Made by a program: the position numbers and the translations under genes. This document shows, one piece after another, positions 17,408-27,780 of a DNA stretch of 64,000 nucleotides (positions are counted from its first letter, which is position 1; each line of letters starts with the position of its first letter). The notes under the pieces were generated by a model. The model was not told the origin of the DNA, made no database searches, and worked only from the letters and a program-made list of their open reading frames with translations. The DNA comes from Chthoniobacterales bacterium. GTDB taxonomy: Bacteria; Verrucomicrobiota; Verrucomicrobiia; Chthoniobacterales; Chthoniobacteraceae. The DNA is taken from assembly GCA_038207335.1 (NCBI GenBank), contig JBBQZX010000026.1, forward strand, positions 1 to 64,000, given 5' to 3'.

Positions 17408-18364
17408 TTATCGCACCGCGCTGCGTGCGCCGGCACAGAGATAGAGCACCGCCATCCGCACCGCGAGGCCGTTGGTTACTTGATCCAGGATCACCGATCG
17501 CGCGCTGTCCGCGAGGTCGCTGTCGATCTCGATCCCGCGATTGATCGGCCCCGGGTGCATGATGAGCGCGCCCGGTTTCAGCCGCTCCGCGCGCTTTTTC
17601 GTGAGACCGAAAAGCGACGTGTATTCGCCGAGCCCTGGAAAATATTCCTTCCGCTGCCGCTCGTGCTGGATGCGCAAAAGATTCACCACATCGACCTCCG
17701 GCAGCACCGAATCCAAATCGTGCGACACCTCCACGCCCATCTGCTCGAACGTCCGCGGCACCAGCGTGCTCGGGCCGACCAGCGTCACGCGCGCGCCGAG
17801 TTTCAGCAGCGCGTGGATATTCGACCGCGCTACGCGGCTGAACAAAATATCGCCGATGATCGCGACGTGAATCCCCGCAATGCGTCCCAGCTTTTCGCGG
17901 ATCGTAAATGTGTCGAGAAGCGCCTGCGTTGGGTGCGCATGCGCCCCATCGCCCGCATTGATGATGCTCGCCTCCAGCCGCTCCGCGAGGAACTGCGCCG
18001 CGCCCGCCGAGCTGTGCCGAATCACGATAATGTCCGCATGATTCGCCTCCAGAATCTTCGCCGTGTCCTTCAGCGTCTCGCCCTTCACGAGGCTCGATGT
18101 GCTCGCGGAAATATTGATCACATCCGCGCTCAGCCGGATTGCCGCCAGCTCAAATGAAGTCCGCGTCCGCGTGCTCGCCTCCACGAAGAAATTCACGAGC
18201 GTCTTACCCCGCAATGCCGGCACCTTCTTGATCTCGCGCGTCCCGACCTGCTTGAAGGCCGCCGCCGAATCGAGAATGTGCGTGATCTCCGCGGCGCTCA
18301 GCGGCTCGATCCCGACGAGGTCCTTGCGCGTCCACTCGGTGTCGGTTGTGAGTTCGGGAGGCAT
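17408..18364 (-). CDS. pyrB: Aspartate carbamoyltransferase catalytic subunit
   Basis: [39 protein letters not shown]. Confidence 0.97.
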   Translation of the reverse strand: MPPELTTDTEWTRKDLVGIEPLSAAEITHILDSAAAFKQVGTREIKKVPALRGKTLVNFFVEASTRTRTSFELAAIRLSADVINISASTSSLVKGETLKDTAKILEANHADIIVIRHSSAGAAQFLAERLEASIINAGDGAHAHPTQALLDTFTIREKLGRIAGIHVAIIGDILFSRVARSNIHALLKLGARVTLVGPSTLVPRTFEQMGVEVSHDLDSVLPEVDVVNLLRIQHERQRKEYFPGLGEYTSLFGLTKKRAERLKPGALIMHPGPINRGIEIDSDLADSARSVILDQVTNGLAVRMAVLYLCAGARSAVR

Positions 18365-18389
18365 CTTTAATTTCGTGGAAAATCGCGCC

Positions 18390-18974
18390 TCACGCGTGCT
18401 CGAGCCAGACTGAATCAGGCACGCCATCCAGTGCCTCCAGCCGCACGAAAACACGCTCGCCCATCTGCGTCGGCAGATTCTTCCCCACGAAATCCGCGTG
18501 GATCGGCAGCTCCCGATGACCCCGGTCGATCAGCGCCGCGAGCTGAATCTGCGCGGGCCGTCCAAAGCTCGAAAGCGAATCCATCGCCGCCCGGCAGGTG
18601 CGGCCGGAAAAGAGCACGTCATCCACGAGCACGAGCCTCTTGTCGGTGAGTTCGGCAGGCAATTCCGTCGGCTGCATCGCCCACATCCGGCGCCGCGTGT
18701 GCAAGTCATCGCGATGCATCGACACATCGATGATCCCCGTCTCGATGCGCACCTTTTCAAACTGCCCGATGAACCCCGCCAGCCGCCGCGCCAGTTCCAC
18801 ACCGCGCGATGGAATGCCGACCAGCACGACTTTTTCCAGCTCCGGATTCCGCTCGATGATCTCGTGCGCGATCCGCTTCAGCGCGCGCTCGATCGCCATC
18901 CCATCGAGGATCAGCACCGCTCCCGGCGACGGGGCACCGGGCAGCGTGGTAGAGAGTTTTGTGTTGTCTGGCAT
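18390..18974 (-). CDS. pyrR: Pyrimidine operon regulator / uracil phosphoribosyltransferase
   Basis: [44 protein letters not shown]. Confidence 0.96.
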   Translation of the reverse strand: MPDNTKLSTTLPGAPSPGAVLILDGMAIERALKRIAHEIIERNPELEKVVLVGIPSRGVELARRLAGFIGQFEKVRIETGIIDVSMHRDDLHTRRRMWAMQPTELPAELTDKRLVLVDDVLFSGRTCRAAMDSLSSFGRPAQIQLAALIDRGHRELPIHADFVGKNLPTQMGERVFVRLEALDGVPDSVWLEHA

Positions 18975-19010
18975 TTCCTTCGCGACCTCGCGGGATCGCA
19001 TTTAAAGGGC
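18975..19010 (-). promoter_or_regulatory. PyrR-binding RNA leader overlapping the pyrR ribosome-binding site
   Basis: Minus strand CCCTTTAAATGCGATCCCGCGAGGTCGCGAAGGAA-ATG matches the CUUUAA ... RUCCNGNGAGGY PyrR binding-loop consensus. Confidence 0.85.
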
Positions 19011-19023
19011 TTGCGGGCGTCGC

Positions 19024-19239
19024 TCAGTTCTCTCCGAGCGGACGATGCCGCTGCGTGCGCCACGTCGAGCGGTGCTTCACGATCCAGTCGAGCAGCGCCT
19101 TCTCAAAGCCGATGTCATGTCCCGCCTTCTCGCTCTCGATCCATTTGTGGCGCAGGATTTCCTCACGCTCGGCGAGGAATTCCTTGTAGAGCAGCGATTC
19201 GGTGACGAGGTCGGAGTCGTCGTCGTTGGTTGGGCTCAT
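19024..19239 (-). CDS. Small conserved protein (DUF4032-like)
   Basis: EREEILRHKWIESEKAGHDIGFEKALLDW motif. Confidence 0.8.
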   Translation of the reverse strand: MSPTNDDDSDLVTESLLYKEFLAEREEILRHKWIESEKAGHDIGFEKALLDWIVKHRSTWRTQRHRPLGEN

Positions 19240-19282
19240 GGAGGGGAGGGAGGTAAGCGAATTCATAAGCAGACTCAATGCC

Positions 19283-20332
19283 TTATGCAGTCAAGGATTC
19301 ACGCAATTGTCGCGCAATTTTTTCGAACGTCTTCGCCACCGCACCCTCCGGGTCCGCGATCGTCACCGGCAAGCCCCTATCCCCGCCCTCCCGCGTCGCC
19401 ATGTCGATCGGGATCTGCGCGAGCAGCGGCACCTTCAGCCGCGCCGCCTCCCTCTCGCCTCCGCCGCTTCCGAAAATATCATACCGCACCCCATCACTCG
19501 GGCACAGGAAGTAGCTCATATTCTCAACAAGCCCCAGCACCGGCACATTCACCTTCTGAAACATCGTCGCCGCCTTCCGCGCATCGATCAGCGCCACCTC
19601 CTGCGGCGTCGTCACGATCAGCGCCCCCGTCAGCGCCACCGTCTGCACGATCGTCAGTTGGATATCACCCGTCCCCGGCGGCAGATCGAGTATCAGAAAA
19701 TCCAACTCGCCCCACTCCACCCATCGTAGGAATTGCTGCGTGTACTTCGTCACCATCGGCCCCCGCAGGATCGCCGGCGACGCATCATCGATCAGGAAAC
19801 TCATCGACATCAGCCGCACCCCATGCCGCTCCACCGGCGAAATCCGGTTCGTCTCCTGATCCGCCATCGGCCGCTCCGTCGTCCCGAACATCAGCCCCAT
19901 ACTCGGCCCGTACAAATCGCAATCGCACAGCCCCACCGCCGCTCCCCCCTGCTGCAGCGCGATCGCCAGATTCGCCGCCACCGTCGATTTCCCCACGCCC
20001 CCCTTACCACTCGCCACCGCGATCACGTGCCGCACCCCCTCGATCTGCGAAGCCCCACCCGCCCCACCCGCCGTCGCCGGCCCCGCAGGCGCTTGGATAT
20101 CGATCCGCACCACCACATTCCCCACCCCCGGCAGCCCGCGGAGCGCCGCCTCCGACTCCTCCTTAATCGCCTGCGGCACCTTCGCATCCGCCGTCGTCAG
20201 CGTCATCTGCACCACCACCTCCGACCCATTCACCCGCACATCCTTCACCAGCCCAAACGACACGATATCCCGGGTAAACCCCGGGTATTTGACAGTGGAA
20301 AGTCTCTCTCTGACGTCTTCAGGCGTGATCAT
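19283..20332 (-). CDS. mrp: Mrp/NBP35 (ApbC) Fe-S cluster carrier ATPase
   Basis: VASGKGGVGKST, DLYGPS, LRGPM, DLPPGTGD, TTPQ, VENMS. Confidence 0.95.
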   Translation of the reverse strand: MITPEDVRERLSTVKYPGFTRDIVSFGLVKDVRVNGSEVVVQMTLTTADAKVPQAIKEESEAALRGLPGVGNVVVRIDIQAPAGPATAGGAGGASQIEGVRHVIAVASGKGGVGKSTVAANLAIALQQGGAAVGLCDCDLYGPSMGLMFGTTERPMADQETNRISPVERHGVRLMSMSFLIDDASPAILRGPMVTKYTQQFLRWVEWGELDFLILDLPPGTGDIQLTIVQTVALTGALIVTTPQEVALIDARKAATMFQKVNVPVLGLVENMSYFLCPSDGVRYDIFGSGGGEREAARLKVPLLAQIPIDMATREGGDRGLPVTIADPEGAVAKTFEKIARQLRESLTA

Positions 20333-20833
20333 GCGGGCGCGCACTCTCCGCAAAAAATCTCGAAAGTCGAGAAACCCCGTTCCAAAAAAATCCCGTCTCT
20401 CCTCATCACTCGTCCATCCCTCCGCGCAGCCCCTGCGCAACGCCACCGCCCCATTCATTCGGGGTAAAAATCGCACTCTTTCGGCTCCATCGCAGCTTGA
20501 GGCTCTCGGAAAGCATCCACAGACCCGGCCGCCCCCGCTTACCCCAGGAAATGCCCGGCCCGCCCTTAAAAAACGAAGCCAAAAAATGGCAATCCGTGAC
20601 TAGGGAAGCCGATCCGTGACCGAGGGAAGCGCCTCGTGCCTAAAGAAAGCCGCTATTCGACAAGAGCTTCCTATAACATGAACAAGAAAAGCCTCCTTAC
20701 GACGTAAATCCGCACCCTCCGCCTTTCCTTTGTAACACGGCTTTGGCATTGCCCGCCAGTCTGCGCCCACTCGGAAGGCACCCTTATGTCCACGCTTTTT
20801 CCGCGCCGCCACGCTTGATCTCCTCGAGCCGGA

Positions 20834-21784
20834 TCAACGCGCGGCTTTTCTCCAGCGCTCGCAGAGATCGCGCGCCGCATCCGGCCAGCTTGGAAATTCA
20901 AAGCTGAAGCCTTCCTGCAGCAGCCGACCCGGAACCACGCGCCGGCTCTTCAAAATCAGTTCCGTCTCCGTGCGCAGAAAAATCGCGCCGATCTCGAGCA
21001 TCCACGCGGTTGCCGGCAGTCCTAATCGGATGCCCCACGACTCGCGCAAAGCCCGCATGAACTCGGCATTCGGCAGCGGATTTGGAGCGGCGAGGTTCAC
21101 AGGGCCGGAAATGTCTTCTTGCTCGATGAGCCAGCGGATCGCGCGGACGAAATCCGCTTCGTGAATCCAAGAAACGAACTGCCGGCCATCGCCCGACTGC
21201 CCGCCTAGGCCAAAGCGCACCAAGCGCAGCAGCACATCGAAAACTCCGCCGGGGTCGGGGCTCATCGTCATCGCAGACCGAAGCACGACTTTACGCGTGC
21301 GTGACAACGGGCCAGCTTCCTCCAACTCGCGCTTTGCCACGTCGATGCTGAAGCGCCACATATCCGGCGCGTCAGCTTCCGATCCACCGAGAATGCCGGT
21401 CGCCTCGTCGTTGGGTGCATCGTAACGATGCGCGTAAACAGTGGCCGTTCCTGCCTGCAGCCAGACGCGCGGCGGGCGCACTGCCCTTGCGATCGCCTGT
21501 CCGACGATGCGATTGGAATCCACGCGTGATTCGAGAATAGCGCGGCGATTCTCGGGCGTGTAGCGGCAGTTGACGTTCTTGCCCGCCAAGTTAATGACCG
21601 CATCCGCTGTCTCCAACTCCGCAGTCCAAGGGCCATGAGTGCGAGCGTCCCACGCGGCAACGCGCCACGGACGGTTCGATGAAGGATTGCGGCTGAGTTC
21701 GATTACTTCGTGGCCTTCTTGATGAAAAGTGCGCGCGAGTAAAGCGCCGACCTGTCCAGAGCCGCCGGGAATAACAATTTTCAT
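20834..21784 (-). CDS. NAD-dependent epimerase family (TIGR01777/YfcH-like)
   Basis: GGSGQVG Rossmann motif, VINLAG, GDGRQFVSWIH, VVPGRLLQEGFSF. Confidence 0.9.
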   Translation of the reverse strand: MKIVIPGGSGQVGALLARTFHQEGHEVIELSRNPSSNRPWRVAAWDARTHGPWTAELETADAVINLAGKNVNCRYTPENRRAILESRVDSNRIVGQAIARAVRPPRVWLQAGTATVYAHRYDAPNDEATGILGGSEADAPDMWRFSIDVAKRELEEAGPLSRTRKVVLRSAMTMSPDPGGVFDVLLRLVRFGLGGQSGDGRQFVSWIHEADFVRAIRWLIEQEDISGPVNLAAPNPLPNAEFMRALRESWGIRLGLPATAWMLEIGAIFLRTETELILKSRRVVPGRLLQEGFSFEFPSWPDAARDLCERWRKAAR

Positions 21785-21870
21785 GCGGGGCGGCGTCCCG
21801 ACACACTACTTTTGTAGTGCCGCTCGCCGTGTTCGCTCAGCACCTCCAGGGCGTTTGCGAAAAAGCAGCG

Positions 21871-22575
21871 TCACTCGTGCTCCACGCCGCTGATCTCGAG
21901 GTAGGTGGGGGTGCGGTCTTTGCTGGTGCCGGGGGTGGCGGCTTCGATGCGGAGTGTCTTGAGGATCCATGCGCCGTCGATCTTCTGGCCAGAGATGACT
22001 TTGAAGCGGCGGGCGAATTTTCCGGCGCGGTCGAAGGCCTCGGCCTGCATGAGTGCGCCGCTGTCTTTGTCGATCCAGAGCATCACGTGGCCGTATTGTG
22101 AGTCGTTCTTGGATGGCGGCTCGGCGCGGATGATCCAGCACTTTCGCAGGAGGAGGATCTGCGAGCCCTCGACGGTGGGGTCGGGCCAGTAGAGGAACTT
22201 CATGGCAAGATCTTCGTAGCTGATGTCGGTGTCCCGGACGGGGGCGTCGAAGCGCGCGGCGCTGACCTTTTCGGTGCCGCCGCGGGTGATTTCCTCGAGC
22301 CGGGAGCTGCGGTCGAGGAGGCGGAGCTGGATGGTCTGGGGGGGGGTGGTGAATTCGTAGCGGATGGTGGTGCCGTCGATGACCATGCGGAAGGGAAGGA
22401 CCTTTGAGCCGTTGCGAAGGCGGCCGTTGAGGGTCTGGTGCTGGGCGGCCTGGGCCATGCGGACGGTCTTGAGGATTTCGCGCGCGTCGGGCGTGGGCTC
22501 GGCGACCGCGAGGCCGCTCAGGCACAGGCCTGCGAGGAAAAACAAACGCTGCTTTACAGCGCGGTGAGTGCTCAT
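21871..22575 (-). CDS. LolA-like outer-membrane lipoprotein-sorting protein
   Basis: Signal peptide; TDISYEDL and SQYGHVMLWIDK motifs. Confidence 0.75.
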   Translation of the reverse strand: MSTHRAVKQRLFFLAGLCLSGLAVAEPTPDAREILKTVRMAQAAQHQTLNGRLRNGSKVLPFRMVIDGTTIRYEFTTPPQTIQLRLLDRSSRLEEITRGGTEKVSAARFDAPVRDTDISYEDLAMKFLYWPDPTVEGSQILLLRKCWIIRAEPPSKNDSQYGHVMLWIDKDSGALMQAEAFDRAGKFARRFKVISGQKIDGAWILKTLRIEAATPGTSKDRTPTYLEISGVEHE

Positions 22576-22602
22576 AACGTCGGGACACTCCGCCATTCCC
22601 GA

Positions 22603-23280
22603 ATGGACCAAAAGCTCCTTTTTCTCATCAATCGCGAGTGGATAAATCCGACGCTCGACCGGGTGATGACGATCGCTTCGAGCTTCGATGTGTGGCTGCT
22701 GCCGCTGCTTGTGCTCTTGGTGTGCGTGGGATGGCTTGGGGGTTTCACGGCACGGGCGTTTTTGATCACGGCGGCGCTGGTGGTGGCTGTGAATGACGGG
22801 TTGGTGTCGAACACTTTGAAGAAGCTGGTGGATCGGCCGCGGCCATTCCAATCGCACAATGATGTGCGGCAACTGGATCTGGCGAAGGCGCGGCCGCGCA
22901 TCCTGGCGCTGGGTGCGCCGCTGAAGATCAAGCTTTCGCGTGCGAATCTGGACGACGTGGATGGCCGGAGTTTTCCCTCCTCGCACACGATCAACAACTT
23001 CTCGATTGCCACGATTTGCGCGGCATTTTACCGGCGTTGGGGCTGGCTGGCGTTTTTCCCCGCGGCGGTCGTCGGCTACTCGCGCATCTATACTGGCGCG
23101 CATTGGCCGAGCGATGTGCTGACCACGATCCCCCTCGCGATCGGCTCGACGCTGCTGCTGCTGGCGCTCTCAGAATGGCTCTGGCAAAGGATCGGCGGGC
23201 GATGCCTGCCGCGCGTGGCCGCAGAGCACCCGTCACTTTTCCACCGCGAGGCATCGCTGAATCGGAGCGCTGCAGTATGA
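22603..23280 (+). CDS. PAP2-family membrane phosphatase
   Basis: KKLVDRPRP, SFPSSH, SRIYTGAHWPSD. Confidence 0.93.
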   Translation: MDQKLLFLINREWINPTLDRVMTIASSFDVWLLPLLVLLVCVGWLGGFTARAFLITAALVVAVNDGLVSNTLKKLVDRPRPFQSHNDVRQLDLAKARPRILALGAPLKIKLSRANLDDVDGRSFPSSHTINNFSIATICAAFYRRWGWLAFFPAAVVGYSRIYTGAHWPSDVLTTIPLAIGSTLLLLALSEWLWQRIGGRCLPRVAAEHPSLFHREASLNRSAAV

Positions 23281-24977
23281 CCCCGCGTCGCTGGCTTTTC
23301 CTCTTTCTCGCGCTGCTCACGGCGCTGCGGCTGGTCTTCATCGCGCAGGCGGAGCTGACTCCCGACGAGGCGTATTACCAGATGTGGAGCGAGCGGATGG
23401 ACATTTGCTTTTACAGCAAAGGCCCCGGCGTGGCGGCGACCATCTGGCTGGGGACGCATCTTTTCGGCGTGAATGAATTCGGCGTTCGCGTCTTCAGCCC
23501 GCTGCTCGCGCTGGGCACTTCGCTGCTCATGTTCTCCTTCGCCCGCCGGCTTTACGGCGAGTCCGTCGGCATCTGGACCGCGCTCGCGATCAATGCCGTG
23601 CCGATCTTCAACGCCGGCAGTCTGCTGATGACGATCGACCCGCTCTCGATCTTTTTTTGGACTGCGGCGCTCTACACATGCTGGCTGGCGCTGGAGCGAA
23701 GTCCGGAGTTCAGCCGCTGGTGGCCGATTACCGGTGGGCTGATCGGGCTGGGGTTTCTCTGCAAATATACGAACGCAATGGAGCTGCTCAGTATCCTGCT
23801 CCTGCTCGCGTTCACGCGGAAATTCCGCCGCGAGCTCGCGCGCCGCGGCTTCTATACGATGCTCGCGGCATTCGTGCCCTTCACGCTGCCCCCAATCATC
23901 TGGAATGCCCGGCACGACTGGATCACGCTCTCGCACCTGAGCGCGCGCGGTGGCTTGCAGAAGGCGTTTCACCTCGATCCCAAGGAGTTCTTCAGCTTCT
24001 TCGGGGTCCACTACGGCGCTTACTCACTACTCCTTTTTTCCGCGATGATCTTCGCTGTGATCTGGGCGTTCCCGCAGGCCAAACATCACTTCAAACCGCG
24101 TTTCCTTCTCGCCTTCACGCTTCCGCTATGGGTCCTGTATCTATGGCTCTCGCTCAAGCAAGCGGGCGAGGCAAACTGGACTGCCCCCGCGATGGTGAGT
24201 CTTGTGATACTCACTGTGGCAGGATGGCGTGAGGTCGTGAAACGAGCCGTACTCATGAGTGCCATTCTCTTAATCGGAGGCGCTGGCGTGGCTCTCTTCA
24301 AATTGCCGATTCAGATGGGGGCGACCGTCTCAGTTATTGCGTGTGGCTGCGCCTACCTCCTTGCTTCCATCCGAGATCGGGAAGGACTGTCTGCGTTTGT
24401 CGCGCTATCGGTGGGGATCGTTCTTTCAGTGCTCGCGCTCGACACGGACTTGCTGCGAATCGCCGGGGTCCCGCTTCCGTACAGCGCCGACCCGAGCAAA
24501 CGGTTGCGCGGTTGGCGCACTTCGGCGGGGGAAATCGAGCGGGTGCGCGCTGAATTCGAGGCGAAGACCGGCAAGCCCGTGTTCATGATTGCGAACACGT
24601 ATGGCGTCGCGGCCGACCTCGCTTTTTATCTCAAAGACAAACGCGCCGAAGGGCCGGGGCATCCGCCGATTTACTTTCCGGAATCGCCGGCGATAGAGAA
24701 CCAGTTCTCGTTTTGGCCGCGCTACGACGAGTTCATCAGCGTGCCGCGCGATCAGCTCCCGGACTCGTATTACACGGAGGAGCAGGGGATCAATCCGTTC
24801 CACGGGCGCACTGCGCTTTACGTCACCGACCGGGCCGAAGAGCGCGTGCCATCGACGCTGAAGAGCGGCTTCGAGCGAACAGAGATGATCGCGTGCATTG
24901 ATCAGTCTCGGCGGGGGCTTCCGCTGCGGCAGTGGCGTGTCTTCGCGTGCTACAACTATCGCAGCGCGTCGTTGTGA
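23277..24977 (+). CDS. ArnT/PMT-like (GT-C) membrane glycosyltransferase
   Basis: PDEAYY, YSKGPG, GFLCKYT; many TM helices; ATGA overlap with the PAP2 gene. Confidence 0.88.
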   Translation: MTPRRWLFLFLALLTALRLVFIAQAELTPDEAYYQMWSERMDICFYSKGPGVAATIWLGTHLFGVNEFGVRVFSPLLALGTSLLMFSFARRLYGESVGIWTALAINAVPIFNAGSLLMTIDPLSIFFWTAALYTCWLALERSPEFSRWWPITGGLIGLGFLCKYTNAMELLSILLLLAFTRKFRRELARRGFYTMLAAFVPFTLPPIIWNARHDWITLSHLSARGGLQKAFHLDPKEFFSFFGVHYGAYSLLLFSAMIFAVIWAFPQAKHHFKPRFLLAFTLPLWVLYLWLSLKQAGEANWTAPAMVSLVILTVAGWREVVKRAVLMSAILLIGGAGVALFKLPIQMGATVSVIACGCAYLLASIRDREGLSAFVALSVGIVLSVLALDTDLLRIAGVPLPYSADPSKRLRGWRTSAGEIERVRAEFEAKTGKPVFMIANTYGVAADLAFYLKDKRAEGPGHPPIYFPESPAIENQFSFWPRYDEFISVPRDQLPDSYYTEEQGINPFHGRTALYVTDRAEERVPSTLKSGFERTEMIACIDQSRRGLPLRQWRVFACYNYRSASL

Positions 24978-25027
24978 GCCGCCGCCAAACCGCTTCCATT
25001 CTCGGCGCGCGCCGATAAAAACAGCGG

Positions 25028-25735
25028 ATGATTTCCGTCGTGATTCCGCTCTACAACGAGGAGGACAATGTCCGCGCACTCCAGCAGGAGCTCACCTCCG
25101 CGCTCGCCGGAATCCCGCACGAGATCATCCTCATCGACGACTGCTCCAGCGACCAGACTCTCGCGCGGATCGAGCGCACGCCAGAGACTCGCGTGCTCGA
25201 GTTTGAAAAGAACACCGGCCAGAGCGCCGCGATGTTTGCCGGAATCCGCGCTGCTCGCGGCGAGGTGATCGTGCTGCTCGATGGCGATCTGCAAAACGAT
25301 CCCGCCGACATCCCGCGAATGCTCGCCGAAATCGAGCGCGGCGCGGACCTCGTCTGCGGCTATCGCGCGAACCGCAAGGACACGCTTTCAAAAAAGCTGA
25401 CGAGCCGCGTGGCAAATGCGGTGCGAAGCCGGTTCACGCGCGACGGCGTGCGCGACACGGGCTGCACGCTGAAGGCAATGCGGACCGTATGCCGCGAGGC
25501 GCTCGTGCCATTTTACGGGATGCACCGCTTCATCCCCGCGCTCGTGAAAGGGCTCGGGTACAAGCTCGTCGAGATGCCGGTAAATCATCGCCCGCGCACC
25601 GCCGGCGTGAGCAAATACGGGTTCGGCAACCGCGCAATCAAGGCGACGATGGACATGTTCGCCGTCCGCTGGATGCTTTCGCGCCAGCTCAAAATCCGCA
25701 TCAAGCCGGAAGCCGAACTCAGCAGCCCGGGCTGA
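25028..25735 (+). CDS. GT2 polyprenol-phosphate glycosyltransferase (ArnC/DPM1-like)
   Basis: SVVIPLYNEE, IDDCSSD, LDGDLQNDP, DTGC, GMHRFIP. Confidence 0.92.
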   Translation: MISVVIPLYNEEDNVRALQQELTSALAGIPHEIILIDDCSSDQTLARIERTPETRVLEFEKNTGQSAAMFAGIRAARGEVIVLLDGDLQNDPADIPRMLAEIERGADLVCGYRANRKDTLSKKLTSRVANAVRSRFTRDGVRDTGCTLKAMRTVCREALVPFYGMHRFIPALVKGLGYKLVEMPVNHRPRTAGVSKYGFGNRAIKATMDMFAVRWMLSRQLKIRIKPEAELSSPG

Positions 25736-26843
25736 CGATCCGCGCCACGCGGCGACCGATGCCGGTGAAGATTTCCCACGGGATGGCCCCGGCTTTTTGC
25801 GCGAGTTCCGTCGCGGAAATCTCGTCGTTGCCATCGCGCCCGAGCAGCACGACTTCCTCTCCCGCCTGCACCCCGGTGAGGCCGGAGCAATCGACCATAA
25901 TTTGATCCATGGTGACGCGACCAAGCACGGGGCAGCGTTTGCCGCGAATGAGCACCTCCGCATCGCGCCCCGTGAGGTGCCGCTGATAGCCGTCCGCATA
26001 CCCAACGGCGAGTGTCGCAACGTGCATGGGATGCTTCGCCGTGAAAGTGCGCCCGTAGCTCACCGTGCGACCCGCGCCGATCTCGCGGACGAGCGTGACG
26101 CGGGTCTTCCATGTCAGCACGGGTTGCAGGCGCGGCTGAAATTCTGCGCGCGGGGAGCACCCGTAAAGCATGAGTCCGGCGCGCACCATGCCGCCGCTCT
26201 CCGGGCCGAATACGATGAGCCCCGCGCTGTTCGCGATGTGGCTCACCGCCCCGGAAACCCCGCCAGCACCGCATTCCGAGAGCAACGCGCAGAAGCGCGC
26301 GTGCTGCGTCTCGGTGAAACGATCATCTTCATCGGAGACCGGAAAGTGCGAGGCGATGCCGGTGACTTCGATCCCCGGCATCGCGACGATTTCTCGCAGG
26401 GCCGCGAGCGCCTCCGCCTGCCAGACGCCAATGCGGCCCATGCCCGTATCGATGTTGAGGTGAACCGGCACCCGCTTCCCTGAAGCAGCGAGCGCGCTGA
26501 AAGCAGCGGCTTCCTCGACAGTCGAAATCGACGGCAAAAAGCCGCGCGCTACGATATCCGCGCGCTCGGCGGGCAGTGCGGGGGAGAGAAGATGGATCGC
26601 GCGCGAACCAGCCTCGGCGCTGATCTCGCAGGCCTCCTCGAGATTCGCGACGCCGAACATTTCCACTGAATCCACGAGCGCGCACACCACCGGCAGCACG
26701 CCGTGGCCGTAAGCATCGGCCTTCACGATCGCCATAATTTTCACCACCCCCCCGACGCGCGCTCGGACGGCGGCAGCATTGTGGCGCAGTGCATCCAGAT
26801 CAATCTCGGCCCAACAGCGGTGATTCGTGGCGGAGATCTTCAC
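25719..26843 (-). CDS. alr: Alanine racemase
   Basis: AIVKADAYGHG (PLP lysine), DTGMGRIG, VSYG, GYADG, GRVTMDQ. Confidence 0.96.
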   Translation of the reverse strand: MKISATNHRCWAEIDLDALRHNAAAVRARVGGVVKIMAIVKADAYGHGVLPVVCALVDSVEMFGVANLEEACEISAEAGSRAIHLLSPALPAERADIVARGFLPSISTVEEAAAFSALAASGKRVPVHLNIDTGMGRIGVWQAEALAALREIVAMPGIEVTGIASHFPVSDEDDRFTETQHARFCALLSECGAGGVSGAVSHIANSAGLIVFGPESGGMVRAGLMLYGCSPRAEFQPRLQPVLTWKTRVTLVREIGAGRTVSYGRTFTAKHPMHVATLAVGYADGYQRHLTGRDAEVLIRGKRCPVLGRVTMDQIMVDCSGLTGVQAGEEVVLLGRDGNDEISATELAQKAGAIPWEIFTGIGRRVARIVSPGC

Positions 26844-27033
26844 GAAGCGAGTGATTGAGCGGACGGGCGGAGGAGAATTGCGTGCAAAATGATCGTAAAA
26901 TCGATGCGGCAGGTCCGCGAAAGGCATGTCATTTCAACAATTCGCGCGATCTTCAATCCCGTTCCCGCGAGCTCTGTGCTTGAATTTCGCGTGCCTGCTT
27001 CTATCAACGCACGCCGACTTTCTCATTCGTATT

Positions 27034-27777
27034 ATGCCGAAACATTGCTTCTCACTACTCGCCGCGCTTCTGCTCACGAGCGTCGCCACTTTCGCTGCGG
27101 AGACCGCGCCCCAGACGCCAATGCTTCTCGCGAAAAACACGATGGCGTCCGCAACTCCGAGTGAAAGCGACGCACCGAAAAAGCCTGGGTTTTTCAAGCG
27201 CGTCTTCGGCGCGAAGCCTGTAGCGACGCCGATTCCCATCGAGAAAGCGACGCCGAAGCCGCAGCGGACAACGCGCAAAACGCGCCCTACGCCAGCTGCG
27301 CACAATGACGAGGAGGATGCGAAGCCGACGGTGGAAAAGGATGACAAGAATGAGGATAAAAAGGGCGCGGAGTCCGCTGACTCCAAACCGCCAGAACCGG
27401 AGAAGCCTGCACCGTCCGCGCCGGAAGACGCCAAGCCGCCTGCGCCGGAGAAGCCACCTGTCGAATCCAAGCACGGCAAAAAAGGCGCGCCTCCAGTGGC
27501 GAAGAAGACCGGGAACACGCCTCCTGAAGGATTGGATGCCGAGGGCTTGGAGAAGTGGAAATACAACGATGCGAAAGCGAAAGCACTCGAAGATCCCGAG
27601 ATCGTGGAATTGAAACACAAAGCGGACGCGACGCCGGATGAAGCAGAAGGCCGGAAAGCCCTGCGCGCCTACAATCGCGCGCTTTACAACAAGATGCGTC
27701 GGATCGATCCGAGCATCAAAGACCGCATCGACCGGATAGAAGCGGGTGTGATGAAACGCCTCGGCGGCACGGAGTAA
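27034..27777 (+). CDS. Secreted hypothetical protein, Pro/Lys/Glu-rich linker plus helical C-terminal domain
   Basis: Signal peptide MPKHCFSLLAALLLTSVATFA; low-complexity middle region. Confidence 0.75.
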   Translation: MPKHCFSLLAALLLTSVATFAAETAPQTPMLLAKNTMASATPSESDAPKKPGFFKRVFGAKPVATPIPIEKATPKPQRTTRKTRPTPAAHNDEEDAKPTVEKDDKNEDKKGAESADSKPPEPEKPAPSAPEDAKPPAPEKPPVESKHGKKGAPPVAKKTGNTPPEGLDAEGLEKWKYNDAKAKALEDPEIVELKHKADATPDEAEGRKALRAYNRALYNKMRRIDPSIKDRIDRIEAGVMKRLGGTE

Positions 27778-27780
27778 AAG

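Noticed and set aside
19045..20166. 373-aa Pro/Ser-rich ORF
   Set aside because: Artefact of the C-rich strand opposite mrp.
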